Virus record (IMG/VR): IMGVR_UViG_3300016466_000019
Span: 1 to 37,436 of that record
DNA: 37,436 nucleotides
Reading direction: 5' to 3' (one strand)
Origin: a virus
Taxonomy: Duplodnaviria; Caudoviricetes
Shown here piece by piece: positions 25,205 through 33,677 of the stretch. Each line of letters opens with the position of its first letter. The first letter of the stretch is position 1. The notes below the pieces were generated by a model. The model had not been told where the DNA came from and did no database searches. It saw nothing but the letters and a program-made list of their open reading frames with translations. Position numbers and translations under genes: made by a program.

Positions 25205-25680
25205 GCGCCGCTTTACACCGCGCATTTCAAGTGATTGTGTAAAGTTTCATGGCTAAATCGGCTTGATCTACGCGATCTACGCCTAAACTGACACGAATTT
25301 TCAAATTTAGATCGTGTAACTTGACACACTTTACATGTAAAGTACTGGAAAAGTCCATATGAATCAACCACTTGCGAAGATATGCCACATGAGTTATCCA
25401 CAAAGACGATATAGTTGATCTAAAAAATCTATGTTTTTCAGATGCACTCCCGTAATTGAGTTGAAATTTCTGCTTTACATCACTCTGCGCCTCTTAAAAA
25501 TCTGGGACATTACCTTAAAAAACGTAGATCATCTAGATTGTGCAGTGCAACATCCTTATAAATCAACAACTTGCACGATCTAAGTCCGATCTAACTTGAC
25601 AGATTTTTATAGATCGTGTACCCCGTAAAGTTAGATCAAACGCGATCCATCGCTTAAAGAACCTTACAACTTGACGCTGT
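25205..25680. other. AT-rich non-coding element, putative replication origin
   Basis: DnaA box TTATCCACA 25394-25402. IHF consensus at 25362-25374 and 25561-25573. Ten GATC sites, nine as GATCTA/TAGATC. 16-bp palindrome at 25328-25343. Confidence 0.7.
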
Positions 25681-25701
25681 TCTTGGAAAACAGGTCGGCA
25701 C

Positions 25702-25730
25702 TTGACGCCGGGGCCGACCTGGGCGAGACT
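25702..25730 (+). promoter_or_regulatory. Putative early promoter P2: TTGACG-N17-GAGACT
   Basis: Same architecture as P1. The -35 is enclosed by a 9-bp inverted repeat CAGGTCGGC...GCCGACCTG (25691-25721). Confidence 0.55.
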
Positions 25731-25789
25731 GGTTCTGGGCCGCGAAGCCCCTTGTAAACCCTCTTAACCAACCTTCTAAGGAGCCTATC

Positions 25790-26080
25790 ATGGCAAAGAT
25801 TTATCAAGGTAAAGTTTCTGTGTACAGCAACAGCAAGCAGCAGCTTGTTGTAAAGCCTGATGACAGTGGCAACTTTACTCACGAAAATGTGAGTGAACTT
25901 TACAAAACAATGCTTGCATTGGGCAAGAAACACAAGTTGGAAGTCCGAGTGTTCAAGCCCGAAGCTAACGGCGACACTCCTGTCCTGATGACAGACCGTT
26001 ACGGCAAGCCTTACATCGCTCTGCTTCCAGAGCGCAAGGCTCCGGGTACTGTCAAGGTGATGGTTACCAAGCTGGCTTGA
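25790..26080 (+). CDS. Early protein, paralog B
   Basis: 96 aa, TAAGGAG RBS, paralog of 24581-24880. Confidence 0.85.
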   Translation: MAKIYQGKVSVYSNSKQQLVVKPDDSGNFTHENVSELYKTMLALGKKHKLEVRVFKPEANGDTPVLMTDRYGKPYIALLPERKAPGTVKVMVTKLA

Positions 26081-26133
26081 TGACAACGGTTTGCAGTGTG
26101 CCGTCTCACACTGCGTCTTTACAGGAGATTGTC

Positions 26134-26337
26134 ATGCAATCGTTGAATGTTACCCCTACCGTTGCCCCATACATCCCCCCTCGTAAGCATCGCAAACCGG
26201 AGACTTCCCGGTTTGTTGTCAAGTGGATACAGGGCGACATGATGTACTTCCGTTGGTTCAAAAGGGACAGTGCAGCCTGTACTTTCCTCAACAAGCTGTT
26301 GGATGCTGGCCTTGAAGCCCGTGTCCTGATGAAGTGA
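26134..26337 (+). CDS. Hypothetical early protein (67 aa)
   Basis: AGGAG RBS before MQSLNVTP. Confidence 0.7.
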   Translation: MQSLNVTPTVAPYIPPRKHRKPETSRFVVKWIQGDMMYFRWFKRDSAACTFLNKLLDAGLEARVLMK

Positions 26338-26345
26338 GGTCTGCC

Positions 26346-26582
26346 ATGTACAACATCGAAGTGACTGACACCTTTGGCGGTGAAGCCAACTACTGCTGGG
26401 TCAAACGTGGTTCCACCAAGGCCACATCCCGTCGAGGGATCATCGAAGCTGTCAAACGTGTTGCTGGTTGGACTGACTGGTGCCGTGTCAAAGTGGTGTG
26501 CCAAGGTGGTGATTTCTGGGAGATTCGTCCAGTGGATACCAGTGGGGTGTGCCAAGTAGCCTTCGTCACTTGGTCTGATTGA
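26346..26582 (+). CDS. Hypothetical phage protein (EVTDTFGGEANYCWVKR motif)
   Basis: GAGG RBS before MYNIEVTD. Confidence 0.75.
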   Translation: MYNIEVTDTFGGEANYCWVKRGSTKATSRRGIIEAVKRVAGWTDWCRVKVVCQGGDFWEIRPVDTSGVCQVAFVTWSD

Positions 26583-26655
26583 CATGTCAACTTACAGCCC
26601 TTCTCACCGAGGGCTGTGGGATGCAATGTCGCATCGCTATCTGAGGAGTTTTCCA

Positions 26656-27003
26656 ATGAAGATTGCCAACCGAGACGCCAGACAGTACGTCAAGCGTATC
26701 CATCCATTCCAAGGCAACAACCTGTTTGCCACTTACTTCTGTGTCAACCCGTCCAGTGGTGATCCGGGGGACAGTGGCTATGCCGTGTTCAGTTACGGTA
26801 ACCACTGGCCGCTGTTCATCCATGTCAACGAGACGTGGTACGAGAACGAAGATCGCCACTCTGTGACGACTTCCAAGCATCGGAGCCAGACCCATCCCCA
26901 CTGCCCCACTGTGCTGCTGTCCACGGCATGGATGCTGCGGCTCTACCGTGGGGGGTTCAAAGCTATCGCCAAGGAACGCATCCTCCAAGGAGTTGCAGCA
27001 TGA
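26656..27003 (+). CDS. Hypothetical phage protein (YAVFSYG, SVTTSKH motifs)
   Basis: GAGGAG RBS before MKIANRDARQYV. Confidence 0.75.
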   Translation: MKIANRDARQYVKRIHPFQGNNLFATYFCVNPSSGDPGDSGYAVFSYGNHWPLFIHVNETWYENEDRHSVTTSKHRSQTHPHCPTVLLSTAWMLRLYRGGFKAIAKERILQGVAA

Positions 27004-27182
27004 TCAACCAAGAAGCCCTGCGTATCTTCATGCGCAAATACCGTGAAGCTGAGTTACCTCAGCTTGTCGAAGCGATGGAGTCCAACCTGATGGAACTGCT
27101 CCGTGCCCAGTCGGAGTTCGAGCGTATCCACAACGAATTTGTGGCAAACGTACTGTTTCAATGCCGAGGAGACAAGAAGTGA
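27000..27182 (+). CDS. Hypothetical helical protein (60 aa)
   Basis: AAGGAG RBS, ATGA overlap, MINQEALRIF... Confidence 0.65.
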   Translation: MINQEALRIFMRKYREAELPQLVEAMESNLMELLRAQSEFERIHNEFVANVLFQCRGDKK

Positions 27183-27397
27183 CCCACTACCATCTCCCCA
27201 TCTGCACCCACTGCTATGCAGTGCGAGTGGAACCGCACAGGGCCAAAGCCCTTCGCCCTATCTGCATGTCTTGTGGAGAGATATTGGCACGTCAAGTTAA
27301 GAGGACTGTCGTCCCCATGCACAAGTCCAACTACTTCCTCTGCACTGACATGGCAGACCTCAAGGGGATCAACAACAAAGGAGGTTCATACCGATGA
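27179..27397 (+). CDS. C4 zinc-finger protein (TraR/DksA-finger-like spacing)
   Basis: GTG start, CTHC-x17-CMSC, PMHKSNY motif. Confidence 0.65.
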   Translation: MTHYHLPICTHCYAVRVEPHRAKALRPICMSCGEILARQVKRTVVPMHKSNYFLCTDMADLKGINNKGGSYR

Positions 27398-27642
27398 TCT
27401 TTAACCGCAGACCCAAGCCGACAGTCATCCCTCCGATGGGGCTGTCGATCAACCCACCCCTGTGGCAACGAGTGCTGCACTGGTTCTTCACTGCCTTGGG
27501 GGTTGTTGCCTTCGCTGCCATGCTGGCTGTCCTACTCATCGAGTGGATGGCTGGTTGTGGCGAAACCTACGTCGATGCCAGTGGGGTGCGGCATCAGTAC
27601 GAGTGTGTATTCATTCCCCAACCGAAAGGAGATACAAAGTGA
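27394..27642 (+). CDS. Single-TM membrane protein
   Basis: 82 aa with a hydrophobic helix, then EWMAGCGE...ECVF. Confidence 0.7.
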   Translation: MIFNRRPKPTVIPPMGLSINPPLWQRVLHWFFTALGVVAFAAMLAVLLIEWMAGCGETYVDASGVRHQYECVFIPQPKGDTK

Positions 27643-27812
27643 AGCGTCTGTTCATTGTTCGACGTGGAAAGCGGGGGGAACCCGTTCGGGATGACGACCA
27701 CAGCATCCTGACGTTCCCATCCAAACCAGAAGCCAAGAAGTTGCGTGACCACCTCGGTGGCGAACACGTAGTGTCCTACGGCCCTGACCATAAACTTTAC
27801 AAAGGAGTGTGA
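27639..27812 (+). CDS. Hypothetical protein (57 aa; AKKLRD...VSYGPDH)
   Basis: AAAGGAG RBS, GTGA overlap. Confidence 0.7.
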   Translation: MKRLFIVRRGKRGEPVRDDDHSILTFPSKPEAKKLRDHLGGEHVVSYGPDHKLYKGV

Positions 27813-27813
27813 T

Positions 27814-28800
27814 ATGCGAGCCGAACTGTTGAAAGAAACCCTCAAGACCCTGTTCCCCATCCAGCGTACCGTCTGCATCGAGGGTGCCCCCGGTGGTGGC
27901 AAGACGACCATCGTCCACGAAGTTGCCAAGGAACTGGACATCCCCATCGTCGAACGCCACATGCCCACCATGCTGGTCGAGGACTTCGGTATCCTGTTCC
28001 CCAAGGAAAACAAGGCACTAGAGTACAAGCTGCCTGACTGGTTCCCGATCAAGGGCGAGGCTCCCGAGCAGGGTATCCTGCTGTTCGACGACCGTAACCA
28101 AGCCCCGGCTGAGTTGCAGAAGGTCTTGGCAAACATCTGCCAAGCACGGAACCTGCACGGTACGTTCCTGCCTGATGGGTGGCAAGTCATCTCCACTGGC
28201 AATCGTCAGTCCGACAGGGCTGGTGCCAACCGGGTGCTGACTCACCTTCGCAACCGTGAGACTGTGCTGGAGTTGGAGACTCACCTCGACGACTCGACCA
28301 AGTGGATGATTGACAACGGTGTCAAGCCCGAGGTCACATCGTTCCTTCGCTTTCGTCCCAACTTGCTGCACGACTTCGATCCTCAGCGTGACCAGAACCC
28401 TACGCCACGCTCTTGGGTGGAGGGTGTCTCGGATGTGCTGGGTACGGTGCCTCCCGAGGCTGAGTTCGAGTGCTTCAAGGGTGCTGTCGGTGAGGGTGCA
28501 GCGGCTGAGTTCACCGGGTTTATCCGCATCTGGCGCAAGCTGCCCAACCCCGATGCCATCCTGATGAACCCCACTACGGCAGACGTTCCCAAAGACCCTG
28601 CCACGCTGTATGCCCTGTCCGGTGCCATTGCACAGCGATCCACCGAGGGTAACTTCGAGCGGGTTTGTACCTACTCTGAGCGTATGCCCCCCGAGTTCAG
28701 TGTCCTCACCGTCTCCTACGCTTGCCGTAGGAACCCTGATCTGGCGAACACGCAAGCGTTCACCAAGTGGTCGCTGAACCATCAGGACGTACTGTTCTGA
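27814..28800 (+). CDS. MoxR/dynein-related AAA+ ATPase
   Basis: Walker A GAPGGGKT, Walker B ILLFDD, sensor STGNR..DRAGA, LRNR Arg finger, PTPRSW. Confidence 0.88.
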   Translation: MRAELLKETLKTLFPIQRTVCIEGAPGGGKTTIVHEVAKELDIPIVERHMPTMLVEDFGILFPKENKALEYKLPDWFPIKGEAPEQGILLFDDRNQAPAELQKVLANICQARNLHGTFLPDGWQVISTGNRQSDRAGANRVLTHLRNRETVLELETHLDDSTKWMIDNGVKPEVTSFLRFRPNLLHDFDPQRDQNPTPRSWVEGVSDVLGTVPPEAEFECFKGAVGEGAAAEFTGFIRIWRKLPNPDAILMNPTTADVPKDPATLYALSGAIAQRSTEGNFERVCTYSERMPPEFSVLTVSYACRRNPDLANTQAFTKWSLNHQDVLF

Positions 28801-28814
28801 GTTTATTAGCAACG

Positions 28815-28830
28815 GGAGGCTTCGGCCTCC
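28815..28830 (+). other. Intergenic cUUCGg hairpin without U-tract (mRNA stabiliser/processing site)
   Basis: GGAGGC-TTCG-GCCTCC between the AAA gene and the next gene. Confidence 0.55.
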
Positions 28831-28858
28831 TACCAACAACTTTAGAGGAGTGACAACT

Positions 28859-29707
28859 ATGAATCTCAACGACCGTGCCCTGCTGGTGCAACTGTCCATC
28901 TCACAGTGGACTGCCCGTAAGTACGACAAGAAGGCAACCCGTCAGGTGGCCGATGCCAATGGCACCACGATGGATGCTGGCCGATACAACAAGGCTCTGC
29001 TGCCGATGAACGATCTGCTGGATCACGTCCACAAGAAGACGACCCACATCCGTCAGAAGTTCTACGACAACACGCTGCCGTGGGGTATCGAGGGCACCAT
29101 GATGCTGCCCACTGCCAACTACCTGTCGTTCATGTCCGAGTTCCGCAAGGAACGTGACGACTGGAACAGCCTTGTGAATAACTTTGTGGGCAACTACGAC
29201 TCGATGGTGCGTGATGCGCAGCGTATCCTCGGGAGTCTCTACGATCCTGCCGACTACCCGTCCTCTGTGGACATCCGCAACAAGTTCAACATGGACATGG
29301 CGGTGTTCCCGGTGCCCAGCACTGACTTCAGGGTGAGCATCGGCAGCGAGGAACTGACTCGCATCCAGCAGGATGTTGAGCGTAGGGTGAAGGACGCAGA
29401 GCGCACTGCCATGCTCGACGTATGGCAGCGACTGTTCGACAGGGTGAAGCACATGGCTGAGAAGCTGGCCGATCCCAAGGCGATCTTCCGTGACAGCATG
29501 ATCGAGAACGCTCGGGAACTGTGTTCCCTGCTGCCTCGTCTCAACTTCAACGACGATCCCAACCTCGAAGCATTACGACAGGATGTTGAGGGCAAGCTGA
29601 TCAAGCATCCCGATGCCCTGCGTAACGACCCCGACCTTCGCCGTGACACAGCGGCTGAAGCCAAGAAAATCATGGACGCAATGTCCGTCTTTATGGGAGC
29701 CAAGTGA
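28859..29707 (+). CDS. DUF3150-like helical protein
   Basis: TLPW, YDPADYP, IFRDS and LPRLN..DP.L motifs. Lies between the AAA and VWA genes. ATG 28859 after GAGGAG. Confidence 0.65.
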   Translation: MNLNDRALLVQLSISQWTARKYDKKATRQVADANGTTMDAGRYNKALLPMNDLLDHVHKKTTHIRQKFYDNTLPWGIEGTMMLPTANYLSFMSEFRKERDDWNSLVNNFVGNYDSMVRDAQRILGSLYDPADYPSSVDIRNKFNMDMAVFPVPSTDFRVSIGSEELTRIQQDVERRVKDAERTAMLDVWQRLFDRVKHMAEKLADPKAIFRDSMIENARELCSLLPRLNFNDDPNLEALRQDVEGKLIKHPDALRNDPDLRRDTAAEAKKIMDAMSVFMGAK

Positions 29708-30876
29708 TGACTGTTCTCGCACCAACCCAAACCCCTGTCCAGCCTCTGACTCCGCAGGAGGAAGCCAAGCTGAACATCCGACTGGCGAAAGCCAAGACCT
29801 CTCTGGTTCTGGAGCATCCGTTCGTGGGCACCATCGCCCTGAACATGCTGTTCATCCTGACCCGTGGGATACCCACTGCTGCAACCAACGGCAAGTACAT
29901 CAAGTTCAACCCGGACTTCATCGGTGGCCTGACTGATGAGGAACTCAAGTTCCTCGTGGCCCACGAGTGCTTCCATCCCATGCTCGACCACAACTACAGG
30001 CGAGGTGAGCGTCACCATCGCAAGTGGAACATGGCCGGGGACTACGTGATCAACAAGCTGTTGACCGACGAAAAGATCGGCAGGATGCCCAAGAACGGGC
30101 TGCTCAACGACCAGATATACCAAGCTGGCAACGGCACGTCTGACGGTATCTACAACATCCTGCCTGACCAGCCAGACGATGGCGGGTACGGTGGCAGTGG
30201 CGATCCGTTCGACAACTGTGAAGATGCTGAGGGTTCACCTGCCGAGGTGGCGCAGCAGCAAGCCGAGATGAAAGTGCAGGTGGCACAGGCTGCGCAAGCT
30301 GCCAAGATGATGGGCCAGTTGTCTGCCAACATGCAGCGTCTTGTGGATACCGTGCTGCAACCCAAGGTGGACTGGCGTGAGGTGATGCAGCGGTTCCTTG
30401 TCCGATGCAAGGACGATACCCGTACCTTTGCCCGGTTCAATCGGCGCTTCATCTCGCAGGGTCTGTACCTGCCCAGTGTGACAGGCGAGAAGATGGGCGA
30501 ACTTGTGTTCGCTGTGGACTGCTCTGGTTCCATCGACCAACACACGATCAACCAGTTCGCTGCCGAGATCACCAAGGTCAAGGAAGACCTGTGCCCCGAG
30601 CGTATCCATGTGCTGTACTTCGACAGCAGTGTGAGCCACGTCGAATCCTACGGGCCTGACGACGATCTGGACATCAAGCCTCACGGTGGCGGTGGCACTG
30701 ACTTCGCTCCGGTGTTCAAGCGCATCCTCGATGACGGCATCGAACCTGTTGCCATCGTGTTCCTCACTGACCTGTGCTGCTCCAGCTTCGGTAACCAGCC
30801 CGATGCACCAGTGCTGTGGGTTACGACCGAGGCGGGTAACGCACCCTTCGGTGAGATTGTGGAGATGAACCCATGA
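29704..30876 (+). CDS. Putative metallopeptidase (HExxH) + VWA domain protein (DUF2201-like)
   Basis: TAATNG, AHECFH, WNMAGDYVIN, MIDAS DCSGS, GGGGTDF, LTD. Confidence 0.88.
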   Translation: MMTVLAPTQTPVQPLTPQEEAKLNIRLAKAKTSLVLEHPFVGTIALNMLFILTRGIPTAATNGKYIKFNPDFIGGLTDEELKFLVAHECFHPMLDHNYRRGERHHRKWNMAGDYVINKLLTDEKIGRMPKNGLLNDQIYQAGNGTSDGIYNILPDQPDDGGYGGSGDPFDNCEDAEGSPAEVAQQQAEMKVQVAQAAQAAKMMGQLSANMQRLVDTVLQPKVDWREVMQRFLVRCKDDTRTFARFNRRFISQGLYLPSVTGEKMGELVFAVDCSGSIDQHTINQFAAEITKVKEDLCPERIHVLYFDSSVSHVESYGPDDDLDIKPHGGGGTDFAPVFKRILDDGIEPVAIVFLTDLCCSSFGNQPDAPVLWVTTEAGNAPFGEIVEMNP

Positions 30877-31109
30877 ACGCAGACAACCCTGAGTATCACG
30901 CCAGTGTGATGGCACTGGTGACCCGTCTCAATGACGCGATGAACACGGACATCCCTGAGTACAGTGTCCGTGTCAATGCCCTGCTGACGCTGCTTGCGTT
31001 GGCAGGGAAGCAGTCCACGCTGACAGAGGACGAGTTCCATGCAGTGGTGGGCTGGCAGTTGAGCGAGATCATGTCTCGCATGTCAGTAGTTGAAGGCCGT
31101 ATTCAATAA
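30873..31109 (+). CDS. Hypothetical protein
   Basis: 78 aa, ATGA overlap. Confidence 0.7.
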   Translation: MNADNPEYHASVMALVTRLNDAMNTDIPEYSVRVNALLTLLALAGKQSTLTEDEFHAVVGWQLSEIMSRMSVVEGRIQ

Positions 31110-31119
31110 GGAGAGTGAC

Positions 31120-31749
31120 ATGGCTACAGTACGTTTTTCCAAAGAGTTGATCGAGAGCATCGAGAAGAATGCCCGAGCAAAGATGCAACCCGCAGTGGAC
31201 AGGGCCAAGGAACAGAAGCTGGACAACAAGTGGGGCCAGACCATCTACGACACCCTGTTCCTCGAAGACCTGCCCATCCTCAACCGAGTGCCCAAGAACT
31301 GGGTGAAGACGGTGGACTCCATCAAGATCGAGAAGGTGGGCAGTCAGCGGTGCAGCTTGGAGTTCAAGTTCGTCACGCCCATGCCGTGGCCGCAGCAGTT
31401 CATCGAAACTGAACTGGCAAAGAAGGAGAGTTCATGGGGTGACAGCCTTGCGCTCAAGGATCACATGACATGGGGTGAACTGTTCGCTGAGGTCAAGGCG
31501 TACAACGAGCGTGTCCAAGTTGCGGCAACCCGACAGACCGAGTTCGTCACGATGGTCAAGAAGGTCATCGAGCAGTTCACTACCCTGTCCCCTGCCCTCA
31601 AGGCATGGCCCCCGCTGTGGGAGTTGATCCCCGAGGACGTGAAGGACAAGCACCGACAAGTTGTGGAGCGTGAGAAGAAGGAAGTCAAGCTGGAAGTTGA
31701 CCTCGGCAAACTCACTGCACTGAGTACCGCTGCCAAGTTCGGGGTCTGA
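31120..31749 (+). CDS. Nmad5-like protein
   Basis: AAGGAG RBS before MATVRFS. C-terminal TTLSPALKAWPPLWELIP resembles Nmad5. Confidence 0.6.
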   Translation: MATVRFSKELIESIEKNARAKMQPAVDRAKEQKLDNKWGQTIYDTLFLEDLPILNRVPKNWVKTVDSIKIEKVGSQRCSLEFKFVTPMPWPQQFIETELAKKESSWGDSLALKDHMTWGELFAEVKAYNERVQVAATRQTEFVTMVKKVIEQFTTLSPALKAWPPLWELIPEDVKDKHRQVVEREKKEVKLEVDLGKLTALSTAAKFGV

Positions 31750-31750
31750 G

Positions 31751-32122
31751 ATGCCCCGTATCGACGATGAAAAGCGTCGAGAGTGGCTCCGTGCCTTGCG
31801 CCGTTTCAAGTACGGTATCAAGGTACGAGCCAAACTCGGAGTACTCAAGACCATCTGTGAACAAGTTCATGCAGAACGTAAGGGTAAACAACAGTGGGAT
31901 GCACCCCAATGGGAGCATGAACGCTGGGTTACATTCCTGTACACTTGCATCAAGAACAACGAGTTCCCACCGGAACTACTTACTGGATTCGTCAAGACCG
32001 CTGAGGTCACGTTCCTGAACCCACGTAAGCAGCCCACGGTGGAAGGCACGATAGATGCCGTGAACATCGTATGCAAACAACAAAGCAAACGACTCCGACA
32101 GAAGTTCGGGGTGTTCGTGTGA
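31751..32122 (+). CDS. Hypothetical protein
   Basis: 123 aa, tight packing. Confidence 0.75.
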   Translation: MPRIDDEKRREWLRALRRFKYGIKVRAKLGVLKTICEQVHAERKGKQQWDAPQWEHERWVTFLYTCIKNNEFPPELLTGFVKTAEVTFLNPRKQPTVEGTIDAVNIVCKQQSKRLRQKFGVFV

Positions 32123-32128
32123 GGTGAT

Positions 32129-32617
32129 ATGGGCAACAACAAGAAGCCCCGTAAGAAGTACAGGCCACGGCCCGTGCTTCAGAACCCCGTAGGGTATGTG
32201 CTGGAGAGCATGATGCCCCTGCGTAACCATGACTTCCCGCTGCTTGATCTGCGTATCAAGAACAGCGAAGCCATGCTGTCGCTTATGCGGGGGTCTGCGA
32301 CTAAGGCCGAGATCGACAAACTCGTTGCGATGAGTAATGTCACCGAGGCACTGTGGCAGATGGGCTTCGGTAAGGAGTATGCCAACGTCACCATCGGCGG
32401 ACGGGAAGCACTGCTCAGTATCGTGCAACGTGCTGTTGCGCGTGGGAAGTTTATACCGACCGGCCCGGAGATCAACGCACTGAACCTGCTGATGGAACTA
32501 CACGACGCACAGATGGAGGTGATCACCGTGAAAGATATGGAGGAAGCAGTCAAACGAGTGGAGCAGCAGATGCGCACAGCGACGAAGCTGCCCTCTGTAC
32601 CTGAGCATCTCAAGTGA
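32129..32617 (+). CDS. Hypothetical phage protein (basic N-terminus KKPRKKYRPRP, ELHDAQ motif)
   Basis: 162 aa, GAGGTG RBS. Confidence 0.8.
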   Translation: MGNNKKPRKKYRPRPVLQNPVGYVLESMMPLRNHDFPLLDLRIKNSEAMLSLMRGSATKAEIDKLVAMSNVTEALWQMGFGKEYANVTIGGREALLSIVQRAVARGKFIPTGPEINALNLLMELHDAQMEVITVKDMEEAVKRVEQQMRTATKLPSVPEHLK

Positions 32618-32724
32618 ACAAGCTGCGTAGGCGAGTGTTCGTTGCATTGGTTGTGCTGCTTTACTTCGCCGTGATCACGCTTGCCCTCAACATCTTCGTC
32701 ATTGCGAATTGGAGGTTGAAATGA
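32614..32724 (+). CDS. Small membrane peptide (36 aa)
   Basis: MNKLRRRVFVALVVLLYFAVITLALNIFVIANWRLK*. GTGA and ATGA overlaps on the two sides. Confidence 0.55.
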   Translation: MNKLRRRVFVALVVLLYFAVITLALNIFVIANWRLK

Positions 32725-32969
32725 GCATCGAAGACGAACGTGAACTTGACCTGATGGTCGCTGAACTAGAGACTGAAAACAGAAGAATGAAAGCACACAA
32801 TGAACAACTCCGACGAGAGATCACTGCCATTGCAGCAGAGCGCGATGGATTCAAAGAAGCATTGGAACGCATCCTTGCCGTATCCAAGCTGGCCCTTTGG
32901 GACAGTAGACCCAAAGGAATTGGCGAAGTGGGGCCGTCGAAACAAGACCGCCGACACATCGAAGACTGA
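32721..32969 (+). CDS. Coiled-coil hypothetical protein
   Basis: GGAGG RBS before MSIEDERELDL. Confidence 0.7.
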   Translation: MSIEDERELDLMVAELETENRRMKAHNEQLRREITAIAAERDGFKEALERILAVSKLALWDSRPKGIGEVGPSKQDRRHIED

Positions 32970-32994
32970 CGACTACGAACCCGCACCATTCTGA
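32845..32994 (+). CDS. Possible overlapping small protein (49 aa; WPF...EPAPF)
   Basis: Its stop abuts the RBS of 33005. Overlaps the previous gene by 125 nt. Confidence 0.4.
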   Translation: MDSKKHWNASLPYPSWPFGTVDPKELAKWGRRNKTADTSKTDDYEPAPF

Positions 32995-33004
32995 AGGAGC
33001 AACC

Positions 33005-33463
33005 ATGACCAAGAAACAACGCATCATCGACCACTTCATCAAGAACCCGAACGCTGAGGTGAGAGCCGTAGCAGCCAAGTTCAAAGCGGCGATGCCCACC
33101 ATCTACACGCTGCGCAAGCTGGCGATGCACCAACTACAGGAACAGATCGCCATCAAGGCGCTCGGCCCACAGATCGACGAGCCACAAGTTGTTGTGGAGC
33201 GTGGCTGGGAGGAGTCACCCCGTGCCAACGACAGACAAGTTGGTGGTGATCACTACAAGAACATGGGTGTGCAGCCGTGGGATGTGGTGGACACATGGCC
33301 CATCGAGCAACGCATTGGCTACTACCGTGGCGGCGCACTGAAGTACCTGATGCGCATGGGCAGCAAGGATCAGTCACCTGTCGAGGTGGCGAAGGGTCAG
33401 CATTACATCCAGAAACTTCTTGAGGTGCTGCATGAGCAACAGTCATACCCTGACGATAAGTAA
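33005..33463 (+). CDS. DUF3310 (SaV-like) protein with N-terminal HTH-like extension
   Basis: QVGGDHY, QPWD, GYYRGGALKYLMR.GSK and AKGQHY motifs. Confidence 0.8.
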   Translation: MTKKQRIIDHFIKNPNAEVRAVAAKFKAAMPTIYTLRKLAMHQLQEQIAIKALGPQIDEPQVVVERGWEESPRANDRQVGGDHYKNMGVQPWDVVDTWPIEQRIGYYRGGALKYLMRMGSKDQSPVEVAKGQHYIQKLLEVLHEQQSYPDDK

Positions 33464-33677
33464 CAGCGGCACCAGCACCATCAGCAGCGGTGGCCCGTTC
33501 GGCAACAGTGGGACGCTCACTTTGTCTGGCAACAGCGGCGAACACGAGCAACTGTCGGTCGAAGACATACGCATGTTCAAGGATATGTGCGGACTGGTGG
33601 ACTACATCGCCTCGGTCGATCCCAAATTCAAGGAGTATGTGATGGCCTACAAGGCGAAGAAAAGGATACTGGGATGA
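33432..33677 (+). CDS. Hypothetical protein
   Basis: GAGG RBS, Ser/Gly/Thr-rich N-terminus. Confidence 0.6.
   Translation: MSNSHTLTISNSGTSTISSGGPFGNSGTLTLSGNSGEHEQLSVEDIRMFKDMCGLVDYIASVDPKFKEYVMAYKAKKRILG

Noticed and set aside
25260-25650. Repeats considered as a CRISPR or mini-array
   Set aside because: Repeats are only 6-11 bp, in both orientations and irregularly spaced. There is no constant repeat-spacer period.
28018-30915. Long minus-strand ORFs (303, 289, 226 aa)
   Set aside because: Antisense to the well-supported AAA, DUF3150-like and VWA genes. Typical GC-rich shadow frames.
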